This document shows positions 50,466-60,347 of a stretch of DNA of 64,000 bases, piece after piece. The notes beneath the pieces are model-generated. The model saw only the letters and a list, made by a program, of their open reading frames with translations, did no database searches and was not told the DNA's origin. Numbering within the stretch: position 1 is the first letter of the stretch; the number at the start of each line of letters is the position of its first letter. A program made the position numbers and the translations under genes. The stretch lies in NCBI GenBank assembly GCA_934131005.1, contig CAKOYV010000001.1, forward strand, positions 13,216 to 77,215, given 5' to 3'. The stretch comes from an uncultured Bacilli bacterium (GTDB lineage: Bacteria > Bacillota_I > Bacilli_A > RF39 > UBA660).

Positions 50466-50496
50466 ATCAGGTAACACCCTTAGGCTGTTACCTGAT
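50466..50496 (-). other. Perfect 11-bp hairpin 3' of target gene 2
   Basis: atcaggtaaca-cccttaggc-tgttacctgat lies 13 nt after the stop codon. No T-tract follows it. Confidence 0.55.
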
Positions 50497-50508
50497 GTAC
50501 TCCACTAC

Positions 50509-51477
50509 CTAACTTGTAGATATTTCCATAGGATAGTCCTCTGTACCTACCCCTGAGTATTTGAGCCCAGACTTGAGAGTCACTATTGGACGAAGGGCAT
50601 TATCGATGCTGTACTCGTCAAACTCAGAGTCGTCATAGGTATAAAAGTCGTCGTTGAGGTCCAAGGAGCCCGAGGAGTCGATACTACGCCCATACCAGCT
50701 ATAGTAAGACGTGGAGTCATAGTAATAACCACGTGTCGCTATCCAATAATAAGATGATGAACCATTCACATTAGTGGCTTTTAATGTACCTATTGCATTA
50801 TTTACTAAATCATAGTCTTTTTGATATAGTTCGTCTCCTCCTCCTTGACTTTCTACTGGATTACAACTTTCTCCTGTTGAACAAGTCCATGGTTCTTGAT
50901 TAGTAAATTTAGATGTATCTGTTATATATTCTGTTTGACCATTATAACCAAAATATCTTGAGCCTTTCGTATAAGTACTATTCTCATATTGACTAGCTAA
51001 AACATTCAAATATCCAACTAAATTTTGATACCCTGTTTTTCCTCTAAACCATACTTTTGTCGTTGATGTATGTGCACTTATAAGATCAACCGTACCATCG
51101 CTATTTAGGCTTATTACTCGCCATAAATTTAATTCTTGCGGATTAATTGTTTGCCTATTGCTATATCCTGTTTTTGAGGTATCGGTTGTATATGTTGATT
51201 TCGTTGGTGTCATTTTAACATAATCGCCTACATCTAAAGTGTTTTTCTTTTTCAGTTTTAAACATACAAGCTTTTTAGGGCATTCTTTATTTTTATCTTT
51301 ATACAATTCAACTAAAGCATCTTGCACATTAGTAGATTTAAGTCCACTATTAGTATTATCATAAGTAAGATCACTACCACTACCAACATAAGTAACAGCA
51401 TAAACAGTAGTAATAGAAATAAAAATACCTATAAATAAACCTATTAATATTTTATAATTCTTCTTTTTCATAAACAT
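50509..51477 (-). CDS. DGR target protein 2 (signal-anchored, C-terminal variable domain)
   Basis: 322 aa and a paralog of target 1. The variable tail is YYWIATRGYYYDSTSYYSWYGRSIDSSGSLDLNDDFYTYDDSEFDEYSIDNALRPIVTLKSG. Confidence 0.8.
   Translation of the reverse strand: MFMKKKNYKILIGLFIGIFISITTVYAVTYVGSGSDLTYDNTNSGLKSTNVQDALVELYKDKNKECPKKLVCLKLKKKNTLDVGDYVKMTPTKSTYTTDTSKTGYSNRQTINPQELNLWRVISLNSDGTVDLISAHTSTTKVWFRGKTGYQNLVGYLNVLASQYENSTYTKGSRYFGYNGQTEYITDTSKFTNQEPWTCSTGESCNPVESQGGGDELYQKDYDLVNNAIGTLKATNVNGSSSYYWIATRGYYYDSTSYYSWYGRSIDSSGSLDLNDDFYTYDDSEFDEYSIDNALRPIVTLKSGLKYSGVGTEDYPMEISTS
50589..50731 (-). repeat. DGR variable region VR2
   Basis: GC-rich island that aligns to the TR. In my hand alignment of the colinear 72 nt, 11 of 15 mismatches fall at TR adenines. 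Confidence 0.75.
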
Positions 51478-51516
51478 AATTAAATATAACCTACCTTTCT
51501 ATTTCTACTGTTTATA

Positions 51517-52059
51517 TTATTTAACCGTATATAAATCATAATTATCTATAAAATTATCAACTGTCCTATTACTATCTATATTAATAATATTACCAAACAT
51601 CTTACCTTCTCTTATATATATAATAGAAGGAGGAGCAAATATTTTTTTATCTATATTTAATAAATTTAACAATTTATTATATTCTTCCTTATCTGTATCC
51701 ATATCATTATATAAATAATACTTAATTCCTTTTTTATATAAATGTTTTTTAATTGTTAAATTTTTTAAATTACTACTTTTATCATTATAATAATATATAA
51801 CAAACGTCTCTTTCTTATCCATCATGCTTTTTAATTCGTTATAATCAATAGTTCTAGCTTTGCCACTATAAAGAGAAGTGGCAATAGCTACTATTATTAT
51901 AATGAATAAAATTATAGTTCCTATTATAAACTTTTTCCTATATTCTCTATCAGTAGATACTTTTTTTCTTATAGCTATTACTTTACTCTTAGTTATTCTA
52001 CTGAACTTAAGAATAATTTTCTTAAGTTCAGTAATTATATTCATAATCTTTTCCTTCAT
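51517..52059 (-). CDS. Membrane-anchored thioredoxin-fold-like protein lacking CxxC
   Basis: 180 aa with RBS aaggagg and a TM helix. The pattern ETFVIYYYNDKSS...YYLYNDMD...PPSIIYIREGKMFG resembles thioredoxin-like bacteriocin-accessory proteins, but it has no Cys pair. Confidence 0.35.
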   Translation of the reverse strand: MKEKIMNIITELKKIILKFSRITKSKVIAIRKKVSTDREYRKKFIIGTIILFIIIIVAIATSLYSGKARTIDYNELKSMMDKKETFVIYYYNDKSSNLKNLTIKKHLYKKGIKYYLYNDMDTDKEEYNKLLNLLNIDKKIFAPPSIIYIREGKMFGNIINIDSNRTVDNFIDNYDLYTVK

Positions 52060-52088
52060 ATAAATCTAACCTCCTTCTATCTATAATT

Positions 52089-52190
52089 TTAATTTGAAAG
52101 ATTATAAGGATTAGTCTTTGATCCATCTCCAGAGTACTTAATTCCAGATTTCAGAGTCACTATTGGTCGAAGAGAACTACCCTTATTTTT
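52089..52190 (-). pseudogene. 3'-terminal remnant of a fourth target-type gene
   Basis: Reads KGSSLRPIVTLKSGIKYSGDGSKTNPYNLSN*. The DNA CTTCGACCAATAGTGACTCTGAAATCTGG matches the segment just 3' of VR1 and VR2. Homology stops abruptly at about 52190, next to the IS remnant. Confidence 0.65.
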
Positions 52191-52199
52191 TCTTTATTT

Positions 52200-53200
52200 T
52201 TTAAGTGTTTTTCTATATTTTTATTACCCCTCTTTTTTTAGGATATTTTTTATAGAAATTTTACTTTTTATCAAATTTTATAAGAAAAATCCTGAAAAAA
52301 TTAAACTTAGATATATTTACCGTAAATTCAATATTGGTTTACCAAAGTTAACAAACAATTATCGGGAGTTTATTCAATCTCCTATTGACTTATCTCGTGC
52401 TTATTCTTCTCAATACATCATTGGATTATGTCTTACTTATCATGTTAATTATGGTCTTTCCTATAGACAAACTTCCTCTATTTAAAGATATTCATGAAGT
52501 AAATATATCTTATAAAACCGTAGAAAATTATTGTAAAGCTGCATCTTCTATTGTAAATCCAGTTTTAGAATTTTATCCATACGAATTACCAGATACCATT
52601 GCAGCTGATGAAACATATATCAAAATACATTGTTACATCATATAGAGTATTTGAAAAACGTGATTCTTTATCTTCAATCAAGGCTACTTATTCAACATTA
52701 GTTAAATATGATAAATTACCTGAATCTTTAAAAGTGATTTCTGATGGTAATCCTATTTATAATGTGGCTGTTCAGTATTGGTATCAAAATGGCTTACCAT
52801 TTAAACTTTATCAGGTCATTGGACTTACAAATCAGGGTGATACTTCTAAAGAATATAGAAGTCAAAAGCAAATCATTGAACGTTTTAATCATACTTTAAA
52901 GTATTATTATCGCCCTAAAGGTGGATTTACTTCTCTTAATAATGCCAATAGTTACATGGTGTTATTTGCCACTTATAATAACTTTTCAAGACCAAATAAT
53001 GCCTTAGAATGGCAAAATCCAGTTCAACTTGATGAATTATCCAATATTTCAAATATGCCAAATAAATGGATTGAATTATTAAACCTTGGTTATAAATATT
53101 CTGATATTTATTGTTAAGTTTAACCTTTTAAAAAAATTACTTACTTAACTTTTTTCATCATGTCCTTTTTTATTAATTCTATTTTCAAAGAGCTATTTTT
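52200..53200 (+). mobile_element. Degenerate IS6-like insertion sequence (transposase broken by a stop and a frameshift)
   Basis: Plus-strand fragments: SSQYIIGLCLTYHVNYGLSYRQTSSI*, KDIHEVNISYKTVENYC...IAADETYIKI (DDE first-Asp region), then ISDGNPIYNVAV...QIIERFNHTLKYYYRPKGGFTSLNNANSYM. The order is colinear with IS26-type Tnp as I recall it, but the segment around the second Asp is missing. The element ends were not identified. Confidence 0.5.
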
Positions 53201-53301
53201 CTATCTTTTTTGATAGATTTATATCAAGATTTTACAACCTTAATACCTTTTCTTTTAGTATGACTAGTTTTTCATAAAACTTTTCACACTATCATATAGC
53301 A

Positions 53302-56300
53302 TTAATTTGCTGATAATTTATAAGGATCTTCTGCTGTACCACTTCCTGTATATTTAAGGCCTGATTTTAAAGTTACAATAGGACGTAAATAATTTGATCT
53401 ACCTACACTATGAAAAGTACCATTAACTAGTCCCATCAACATATCTACATTAATACTATCTTTAGAGATAATTCTACCACCAACATCCCACATAGGAGGT
53501 ATATCAGTTTTAAAAATATATAATCTAGAAGATACCCAATATGAAACAGAATCACTACTTGCCACTGTTGATGCTTCTAAAGTTTTTAAAGTACTATTTA
53601 CTAAATCATAATCTTTCTTATATAGTGTATCACCACCACCTTGACTCTCTACTGTACAACCATCTTTATCAGTAGAACAAGTCCAAGGAACTCCTCTCTT
53701 ACTAATTTTTGATGTATCGGTTATATATTCTGTTTGACCATTATAACCAAAATATCTTGAGCCTTTCGTATAAGTACTATTTTCATACTGACTTGCTAAT
53801 ACATTCAAATATCCAACAAAATTTTGATATCCCACTTGTCCATTAAAATATATTGATGTACTTGATACATGCTCACTTATAACATCCACTGTTCCATCGC
53901 TATTTAGGCTTATCACTCGCCATAAATTTAATTCTTGCGGATTAATTGTTTGCGTACTACTATATCCTGTTTTAGATGTATCTGTTGTATAAGAGGATTT
54001 AGTTGGTGTCATAGATACATAATCACCCAAATTTAACCAATGAGCATAATAAGTAGATACACTTGAAGTTACCGTTGAAGTCGATTTTATTTCATTACCA
54101 CCACTAGCTTCAGTATACCATCCTAAAAATTTAGCACCTGGCATACTAGGAGATGATAAGGAACCAACACTACTACCAATTTCTTTAGATATTTCACTTG
54201 AAATCTTTATATCACCTATTTTTAAAGTTGTAGTAACACCATCCATAGCACCGCCAAAATTAAAATTGAAATACATAGTACTACCAGTACCAGTAAATTT
54301 TAAAGTCTTAGTAACAACACTAGAAGTTGCACTTGTTGGAATAGTTTCATTAACTACAGAATTAGCTATATTTGTATCATCTTCCACTTTATTTGTAATT
54401 TGATACATAATTCCACTAACACCATCAATACCACTTAATGCTGTATACCCATTTGGATTTTCATAATCAAAAGAAATTGTATATTCTACTCCCTGCACAG
54501 TATCTATTGGTAAATATATATTTTCCCACATTGCATCACCTGACACTGCAATTGTATTCATATCCGAGCTAGAATTATAAGAAATGTTAAATCTACTACT
54601 ATATGTTTTTTGCCAATTATTCATATTATTATTTTTAAAATTATAATCAAGTTTCAATGTTTTAAATCTTGTATCTAATTTATCTATTGCACACTGCACA
54701 TCATCACAATCTACTCCTGTTTTAGAATTATCATAAGAGAAATCTTCAGCTTTTAATCTCTTAGCCTTCGCAGTATATGTAGCATTTGAAGTTAAATTCA
54801 AAGAATTCCCTGCATTTCCAACTAATGTACCACCAGAATTATACCAACCAGCTACTATATAACCACTAGCAGGTGTTATTGTTGGTAATGTAATAGAACA
54901 ACTAGTTGTTCTATAACTACTACCGTTAGTAGTTGAATTAATATTACAAGACAAACTAGTAGATCCTATACTACTAACATTACTATTTTCTTTAGTAAAT
55001 GTCGCTGTATTAGTACCATTATAAATAGCATAATATTTAATTTGACTTGTATTAACTGTTGAAGTTACAGTAGTACTACTAACAGAAGTAGATATTCCTT
55101 TATAAGTACTATTATTAGGCCCTTTACTAGAACTAACAGCATTAGGAATACTAATAGCTCCTTGCCCAACTACACTTCCAGAATAATTAGCAGTCTGTGT
55201 GCCACTAGCACTCACTGTTGCTTGAGCACTACCATTATAATAATAGAAAGTTGCAGCTACTGACCTCGTATATAAACTATATAAACTAGTAGCCGTACTA
55301 GTTGCTGCCGCCGCTACACTATTATAACTCTTATTAGCAGTATTATTACTAGTTGCATATCCCGCAAAAGTCCAAGTAACAGAGTTATTAGTCCAATTCC
55401 CATTACTAAGATTGGAAGTACCTGTACTACTAGTGCTAAGAACCGTATTCATTGCATTATTACTAGTAAAGAAAGCGTTTCGATAAACCGTCCTGCTAGT
55501 ACCACTAGAATATTCCGTTATAGATTTTCTATAAGCAACATAATAATTTTTTGCCCCCGATAAAGTTACTGTAGAATTCGTACTAATATTCATTGTGTTT
55601 ATATTCCCATATCCTACATATACAGAACCATATTGAGAAGTAGTATCTTTAAAAGTAGACAAAGGAACAGTCGCACTACAACTAGTATTATTATTATACA
55701 AATCACAACTAGAACTAACATTCTTAATACCACTATTATAATAATAGAAAGTAGCTGCTACGTTCTTTTTATATATAGCATATAAAGTTATATTACTAGT
55801 TCCCATCTTAAGAGAATCTAATTTACTAGTAGCACTTTTATTAGTATTCCAACCTACTAAAGTATAACCTGTCTTTGGCGTACAAGTTTTAGTTAAATCT
55901 ACACTAGCATTATAATTTACTTTAACACTAGCTATAGTACCACTTCCACCATTAGTAGTACAATCATAATTAACATTATAACTATTAATAGTAGAGGCAA
56001 AATTAGCAGTAATAGTACTAGCAGCATTAACGGTACCACTTGCTGATGACCAACTACTAAAACTAGTTGTATAGCCTGTTATACTTTTAGCTGTTGCTGT
56101 TACACTTCTAGAATCATTTAAGGTAAGTTTATTACTGCTAGTAGTATAAGTTCCACCCTTAGGAACTATATATTTAGATGCCGACACTGTACCATAATTA
56201 GTATTATTGGATTTAATATTCAAGTTATAAAATTCTGCACTAACCTCCGTATTAGAAGCTCCTACAGTTCCTGATTTAGTGTAATTACTAATATTAGTAC

Positions 56301-59300
56301 CATCTACTTTTACACCATATATCTGATATGGAACTCCATAATAATTTTGAGTCCAATAATCTGTAACATAACCCTTATCAACATTATTTACTCTAAACCC
56401 TACTGATATTCCATTACTAGTAGCAGTACTACTATTAATACCAGTACCATCTAAATATAAATTAAGATCTAAATAAACTTTATTCGCTGTCCAATGAGCA
56501 TAATATGTTGCATTAGCATTTGATACTGTCGTTGTACTAGTTACTTTAGTACCTCCAACAGGAGCTGTATACCAACCATCAAAAGTATAACCTGTTCTAG
56601 TTAAAGTCTTCAAACTATCGCCTAAAGTAGAACCGTAAGTTAAACTAGAAGTAGTAACAGGTTGACTTCCTTCTCTTATATCTAACGAATGAACGTATAA
56701 TTCATCTGAAGCATTCCAACTACTACCATTTAAATAAAAGACAAAAGCATAATATGAATTATCATTCGCCACAAAAGTATGAGTTACTCTCTGCCAAGAA
56801 GTAGTAACATTAACATTAACTTGACCTCCTTGTTCATCACCTATTTTCAAAGTTTTATTACTACTAGCTTTAACATAAACACTCCAAGTATAAGTCTTAC
56901 CAGCAGTAAGTTTACTGTTTGGAGCATAATAAACTCCACCACTAGTACCAGCATTCATTGTAAATTTAACAACATTACCACTCCTAGCAGCATCCTCATC
57001 TACATTACTCTTAGCACTAGGACAAGTTGCCGCACAACTATATTTAGCTGGATAAAATGAATCATTCCATAAATTATCACTATAATAATTTTGATCGTAA
57101 GTAATATTATATTTATTAACTGTCCACATAGCATACAAAACTAACTTACCATTACTAATACCATATTGTCCATCAATATATGCCCATTTGCCACTCCAAC
57201 CAGTCCAATTATATCCATCACTAGTACCATCTGATTTAGTTGTCCACCCTGCAAATGTATAACCTGTCCTAGTAAAAGTATTAGTTTTAATAGTAGTATT
57301 ATCATCATAATTTACCGTATGAGAAGACATGGTACCACTACCATCATTAGCATTATAACTTATAGTATAACTATTAGCCTTCCAAATAGCATATAAATTT
57401 ACATTTCCTTGAGTTGCCAAATTTTTAACACTAGCTCCCCCAACATAAGTATTTTCACTAGCATTTAATTTATAAAATTTTACATTTTTAATTGTTGCAG
57501 AACAACCAGGCATTGCTCTAAATAAAACATATTTATTTACATTACCATCTCCACTAGATCCTAATGTAAAAGTTACTGTATAATGCGTGTAATTACTAGA
57601 TAAAGGAATCGAATTAAAACCGTCAGCATTAGTACCATTACCACCAGTAGATGAAGTCCAACTTGCAACTTTCAAATAATTACTAGCCCCATAAAAATAA
57701 TTATATAAATTGCCACTTCCCTTTACATCAACTTCAAGCCTATATTTTTCGCCTGAACTAAATGGTGCATTTATCGTATACTGTTTAAAATCTGAATATC
57801 CTGACTCTCCCGAAGCTTTTGAACCACTAATTTCAGACGTATCATTTAAAAGTGCCTTCGTCGAACTAGAAGTTGACCATCCTACAAAAGCATAACCTCT
57901 TTTAGTAAAAGCATTATTTTTAATAGTAGCTGTACTATCATATTTTACAGTTTGAGAATCCATCGTACCAGTTCCACCATTAGCATTATAAATTATTGTA
58001 TAATCATTAGCACTACATCTAGCATATAAAGTTACATTACCTTGTACAGCAGTTGGGGTATAACTAGCACCTGATGCATAACTAGTTCCACTACCATCAC
58101 TCTTTGTATTCCAATTACACGTATAACCAGTCTTAGAAACAGTTGGTAAATTAAATGCAACAGGAGTCCAATTAGCTGTCAAAGTAACAGTAGACCCATT
58201 AGTTGGATTCAAATTCTTAAAATATTTACTTTTAACTAAAGTTGATCCATTACTCCAACTATTTGTAATACTAGAAGTACTATCTCCATATTTAGCCGTA
58301 CTTGTATTAATATTACTAGCCGTCCATCCATTAAATGTCTGAGCCTTTGAAGTAGCTAAACCAATAGTTGCTCCAGTACCATTAGCATCCCCTGTAGCTT
58401 TAATTGTCTTAGTAGGATTATCTATAGTAATATTACTATCATAATTACCACTACTAGGTGTATTAGTTCCTTTAGTACCATTATTCAAAGTATAATTAAT
58501 ATTATATGTATTAACATTCCAATTACCAGTTAAAGTTCCATTACCAGCCCCAAACCTATACACATAACCACCATAATTTTCATTACTTATATAAGTATTA
58601 GCTGTTACATCATAAACTGATAAATTCTTCATATCCATATCAACTTCACCAGTAGTTCCTGGAGCAATACCAAAATAAATTTCTACACAAGGATTAATAT
58701 TATAACTATTACCACTTAACGTAAGTGTAGTCCCAGTAAAAGTTCTTTCCATAGAATATTCTACCCAACCATCAGTTACCCCTACATTTTTAAATGTCCA
58801 TCCTGAAGAACCCCAATCATTATTAAATGCCGAATGTCTTACATGAGCATAAGCAAAACCAGAACTCTTCCTAACTCTCATCATATATGTAATTCTATAT
58901 TTATGACCTGAAGTATAAGCATAATTATTAAAACGAATAAATGGATAAAAATTACTACTCCCTGAATTATTAAGATTAAAAGCATAATTTGTATAACTAG
59001 TTCCATCCGTATCTGTCTTAACAGTTCTAGTTATTTCAGTACTCTTAGAAATACTAACTGCACTAGCATTTCCTCTCATAAGTGTTCCACTACCACTAAG
59101 ATTCCATTTATTAAACGTATAACCCGTCCTAGTAGCTGGTAATAATCCATAAGTCGTATTATAATTTTGTGAAACATTAACTGTACTAGTAGAATTATTA
59201 TAAGTACCACCATTAGGATTAATAGTTAAATTATATTTATTAATACTCCACTTAGCATATAAAGTACTAGCTTTATTAAAATATTTATTAGTAAAATTAC

Positions 59301-60129
59301 TAGTTATGTAACTATTAGTACCAATTAAATTAACTCCTCCACCATTAGAAGCCGTATAATATCCTAAAAATGTATAACCCGTTCTAGTAGGATTAGTTAT
59401 TCCATTACTACTAGTAGTCATTAAAGTAGTCTTAGCCGTACTATCTTTATAAATACCCATACCATACTTCTCATATATCATCGAAGTACCACCTTTATTA
59501 CTATCAGCACCCTGATTATCAAGAGTAATAGGATATATAGGTACAGCCTGATCACATAACTCTAAGTTAGCTTTAATACTAGCATTTTGCATATTACTAC
59601 TATCACTACTATTACCATCTATATAAACTATAAACCTATATTCTTTAATCTCTTCTGGTTCTATATAAATATCACTATAAATAGTATTACTACCAACACT
59701 TAAATTACTAAAATTACCACTCTTTAATACTTTACTATAACTATCTCCTACCTTCTCAAGTAATACCCACTTAAAGCCTGTACTCTTTAACGCATCAGAC
59801 ATAGATATAATATTTATCTTAGCATACATCATATATGTATCACTCTTAGTATTAGTAGCCGTATAATCACTGTATATTAAATACTTACCATAATTACTAT
59901 CTGCATAATAACTACTATCTGTATAATCTAATATAGGACTCAAATTAGCACCTTCAATAGAGGCACTTTTTTTATAAACATATTTTAAACCACCATCATG
60001 AATACCAACATCAACATTTGTATTAGCACTCTTCCAAACATAGTAGGCAAATGTTAAAGATAATAAACAAAGAATAAAAACAATTACTCCAACTATTGTT
60101 CCAAATAGTTTTCTCTTACCTTCTCCCAT
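53302..60129 (-). CDS. Giant (2275-aa) surface protein: TasA-like signal anchor, many InlB B-repeats and CBM-like modules, C-terminal DGR-target-type domain (undiversified)
   Basis: N-terminus LFGTIVGVIVFILCLLSLTFAYYVWKS. There are at least 8 Listeria-Bacteroides repeats (for example TRTGYTFLGYYT...LYAKW, TRTGYTFAGWTT...LYAMW, TRTGYTFDGWYTAP...YYAHW). The last roughly 250 aa are homologous to the two DGR targets (GDYVSMTPTKSSYTTDTSKTGYSSTQTINPQELNLWRVISLNSDGTVDVISEH...YLRPIVTLKSG). Confidence 0.85.
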   Translation of the reverse strand: MGEGKRKLFGTIVGVIVFILCLLSLTFAYYVWKSANTNVDVGIHDGGLKYVYKKSASIEGANLSPILDYTDSSYYADSNYGKYLIYSDYTATNTKSDTYMMYAKINIISMSDALKSTGFKWVLLEKVGDSYSKVLKSGNFSNLSVGSNTIYSDIYIEPEEIKEYRFIVYIDGNSSDSSNMQNASIKANLELCDQAVPIYPITLDNQGADSNKGGTSMIYEKYGMGIYKDSTAKTTLMTTSSNGITNPTRTGYTFLGYYTASNGGGVNLIGTNSYITSNFTNKYFNKASTLYAKWSINKYNLTINPNGGTYNNSTSTVNVSQNYNTTYGLLPATRTGYTFNKWNLSGSGTLMRGNASAVSISKSTEITRTVKTDTDGTSYTNYAFNLNNSGSSNFYPFIRFNNYAYTSGHKYRITYMMRVRKSSGFAYAHVRHSAFNNDWGSSGWTFKNVGVTDGWVEYSMERTFTGTTLTLSGNSYNINPCVEIYFGIAPGTTGEVDMDMKNLSVYDVTANTYISNENYGGYVYRFGAGNGTLTGNWNVNTYNINYTLNNGTKGTNTPSSGNYDSNITIDNPTKTIKATGDANGTGATIGLATSKAQTFNGWTASNINTSTAKYGDSTSSITNSWSNGSTLVKSKYFKNLNPTNGSTVTLTANWTPVAFNLPTVSKTGYTCNWNTKSDGSGTSYASGASYTPTAVQGNVTLYARCSANDYTIIYNANGGTGTMDSQTVKYDSTATIKNNAFTKRGYAFVGWSTSSSTKALLNDTSEISGSKASGESGYSDFKQYTINAPFSSGEKYRLEVDVKGSGNLYNYFYGASNYLKVASWTSSTGGNGTNADGFNSIPLSSNYTHYTVTFTLGSSGDGNVNKYVLFRAMPGCSATIKNVKFYKLNASENTYVGGASVKNLATQGNVNLYAIWKANSYTISYNANDGSGTMSSHTVNYDDNTTIKTNTFTRTGYTFAGWTTKSDGTSDGYNWTGWSGKWAYIDGQYGISNGKLVLYAMWTVNKYNITYDQNYYSDNLWNDSFYPAKYSCAATCPSAKSNVDEDAARSGNVVKFTMNAGTSGGVYYAPNSKLTAGKTYTWSVYVKASSNKTLKIGDEQGGQVNVNVTTSWQRVTHTFVANDNSYYAFVFYLNGSSWNASDELYVHSLDIREGSQPVTTSSLTYGSTLGDSLKTLTRTGYTFDGWYTAPVGGTKVTSTTTVSNANATYYAHWTANKVYLDLNLYLDGTGINSSTATSNGISVGFRVNNVDKGYVTDYWTQNYYGVPYQIYGVKVDGTNISNYTKSGTVGASNTEVSAEFYNLNIKSNNTNYGTVSASKYIVPKGGTYTTSSNKLTLNDSRSVTATAKSITGYTTSFSSWSSASGTVNAASTITANFASTINSYNVNYDCTTNGGSGTIASVKVNYNASVDLTKTCTPKTGYTLVGWNTNKSATSKLDSLKMGTSNITLYAIYKKNVAATFYYYNSGIKNVSSSCDLYNNNTSCSATVPLSTFKDTTSQYGSVYVGYGNINTMNISTNSTVTLSGAKNYYVAYRKSITEYSSGTSRTVYRNAFFTSNNAMNTVLSTSSTGTSNLSNGNWTNNSVTWTFAGYATSNNTANKSYNSVAAAATSTATSLYSLYTRSVAATFYYYNGSAQATVSASGTQTANYSGSVVGQGAISIPNAVSSSKGPNNSTYKGISTSVSSTTVTSTVNTSQIKYYAIYNGTNTATFTKENSNVSSIGSTSLSCNINSTTNGSSYRTTSCSITLPTITPASGYIVAGWYNSGGTLVGNAGNSLNLTSNATYTAKAKRLKAEDFSYDNSKTGVDCDDVQCAIDKLDTRFKTLKLDYNFKNNNMNNWQKTYSSRFNISYNSSSDMNTIAVSGDAMWENIYLPIDTVQGVEYTISFDYENPNGYTALSGIDGVSGIMYQITNKVEDDTNIANSVVNETIPTSATSSVVTKTLKFTGTGSTMYFNFNFGGAMDGVTTTLKIGDIKISSEISKEIGSSVGSLSSPSMPGAKFLGWYTEASGGNEIKSTSTVTSSVSTYYAHWLNLGDYVSMTPTKSSYTTDTSKTGYSSTQTINPQELNLWRVISLNSDGTVDVISEHVSSTSIYFNGQVGYQNFVGYLNVLASQYENSTYTKGSRYFGYNGQTEYITDTSKISKRGVPWTCSTDKDGCTVESQGGGDTLYKKDYDLVNSTLKTLEASTVASSDSVSYWVSSRLYIFKTDIPPMWDVGGRIISKDSINVDMLMGLVNGTFHSVGRSNYLRPIVTLKSGLKYTGSGTAEDPYKLSAN

Positions 60130-60347
60130 AAAAGTATCACCCTACCATTCAAATATAATTTTATCAAAAATTAATATAAATTGCAATTATTTCACTTAAT
60201 AAAAAAGAAAAAAAATACACGTCAATAACATAACATGTATTTTTAATTTAATTTATATAAAACTATATAAACATCATACCACTAACAAATCCATAGAAAT
60301 TTAGATAAACTGCTTCATCTCTATTAAACATACGTATACGTATACGA

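Noticed and set aside
60331-60346. Short tandem repeat acgtatacgtatacga after the giant gene's promoter region
   Set aside because: It has only about 2.5 copies of a 6-mer, with no evidence of function, and is probably incidental.
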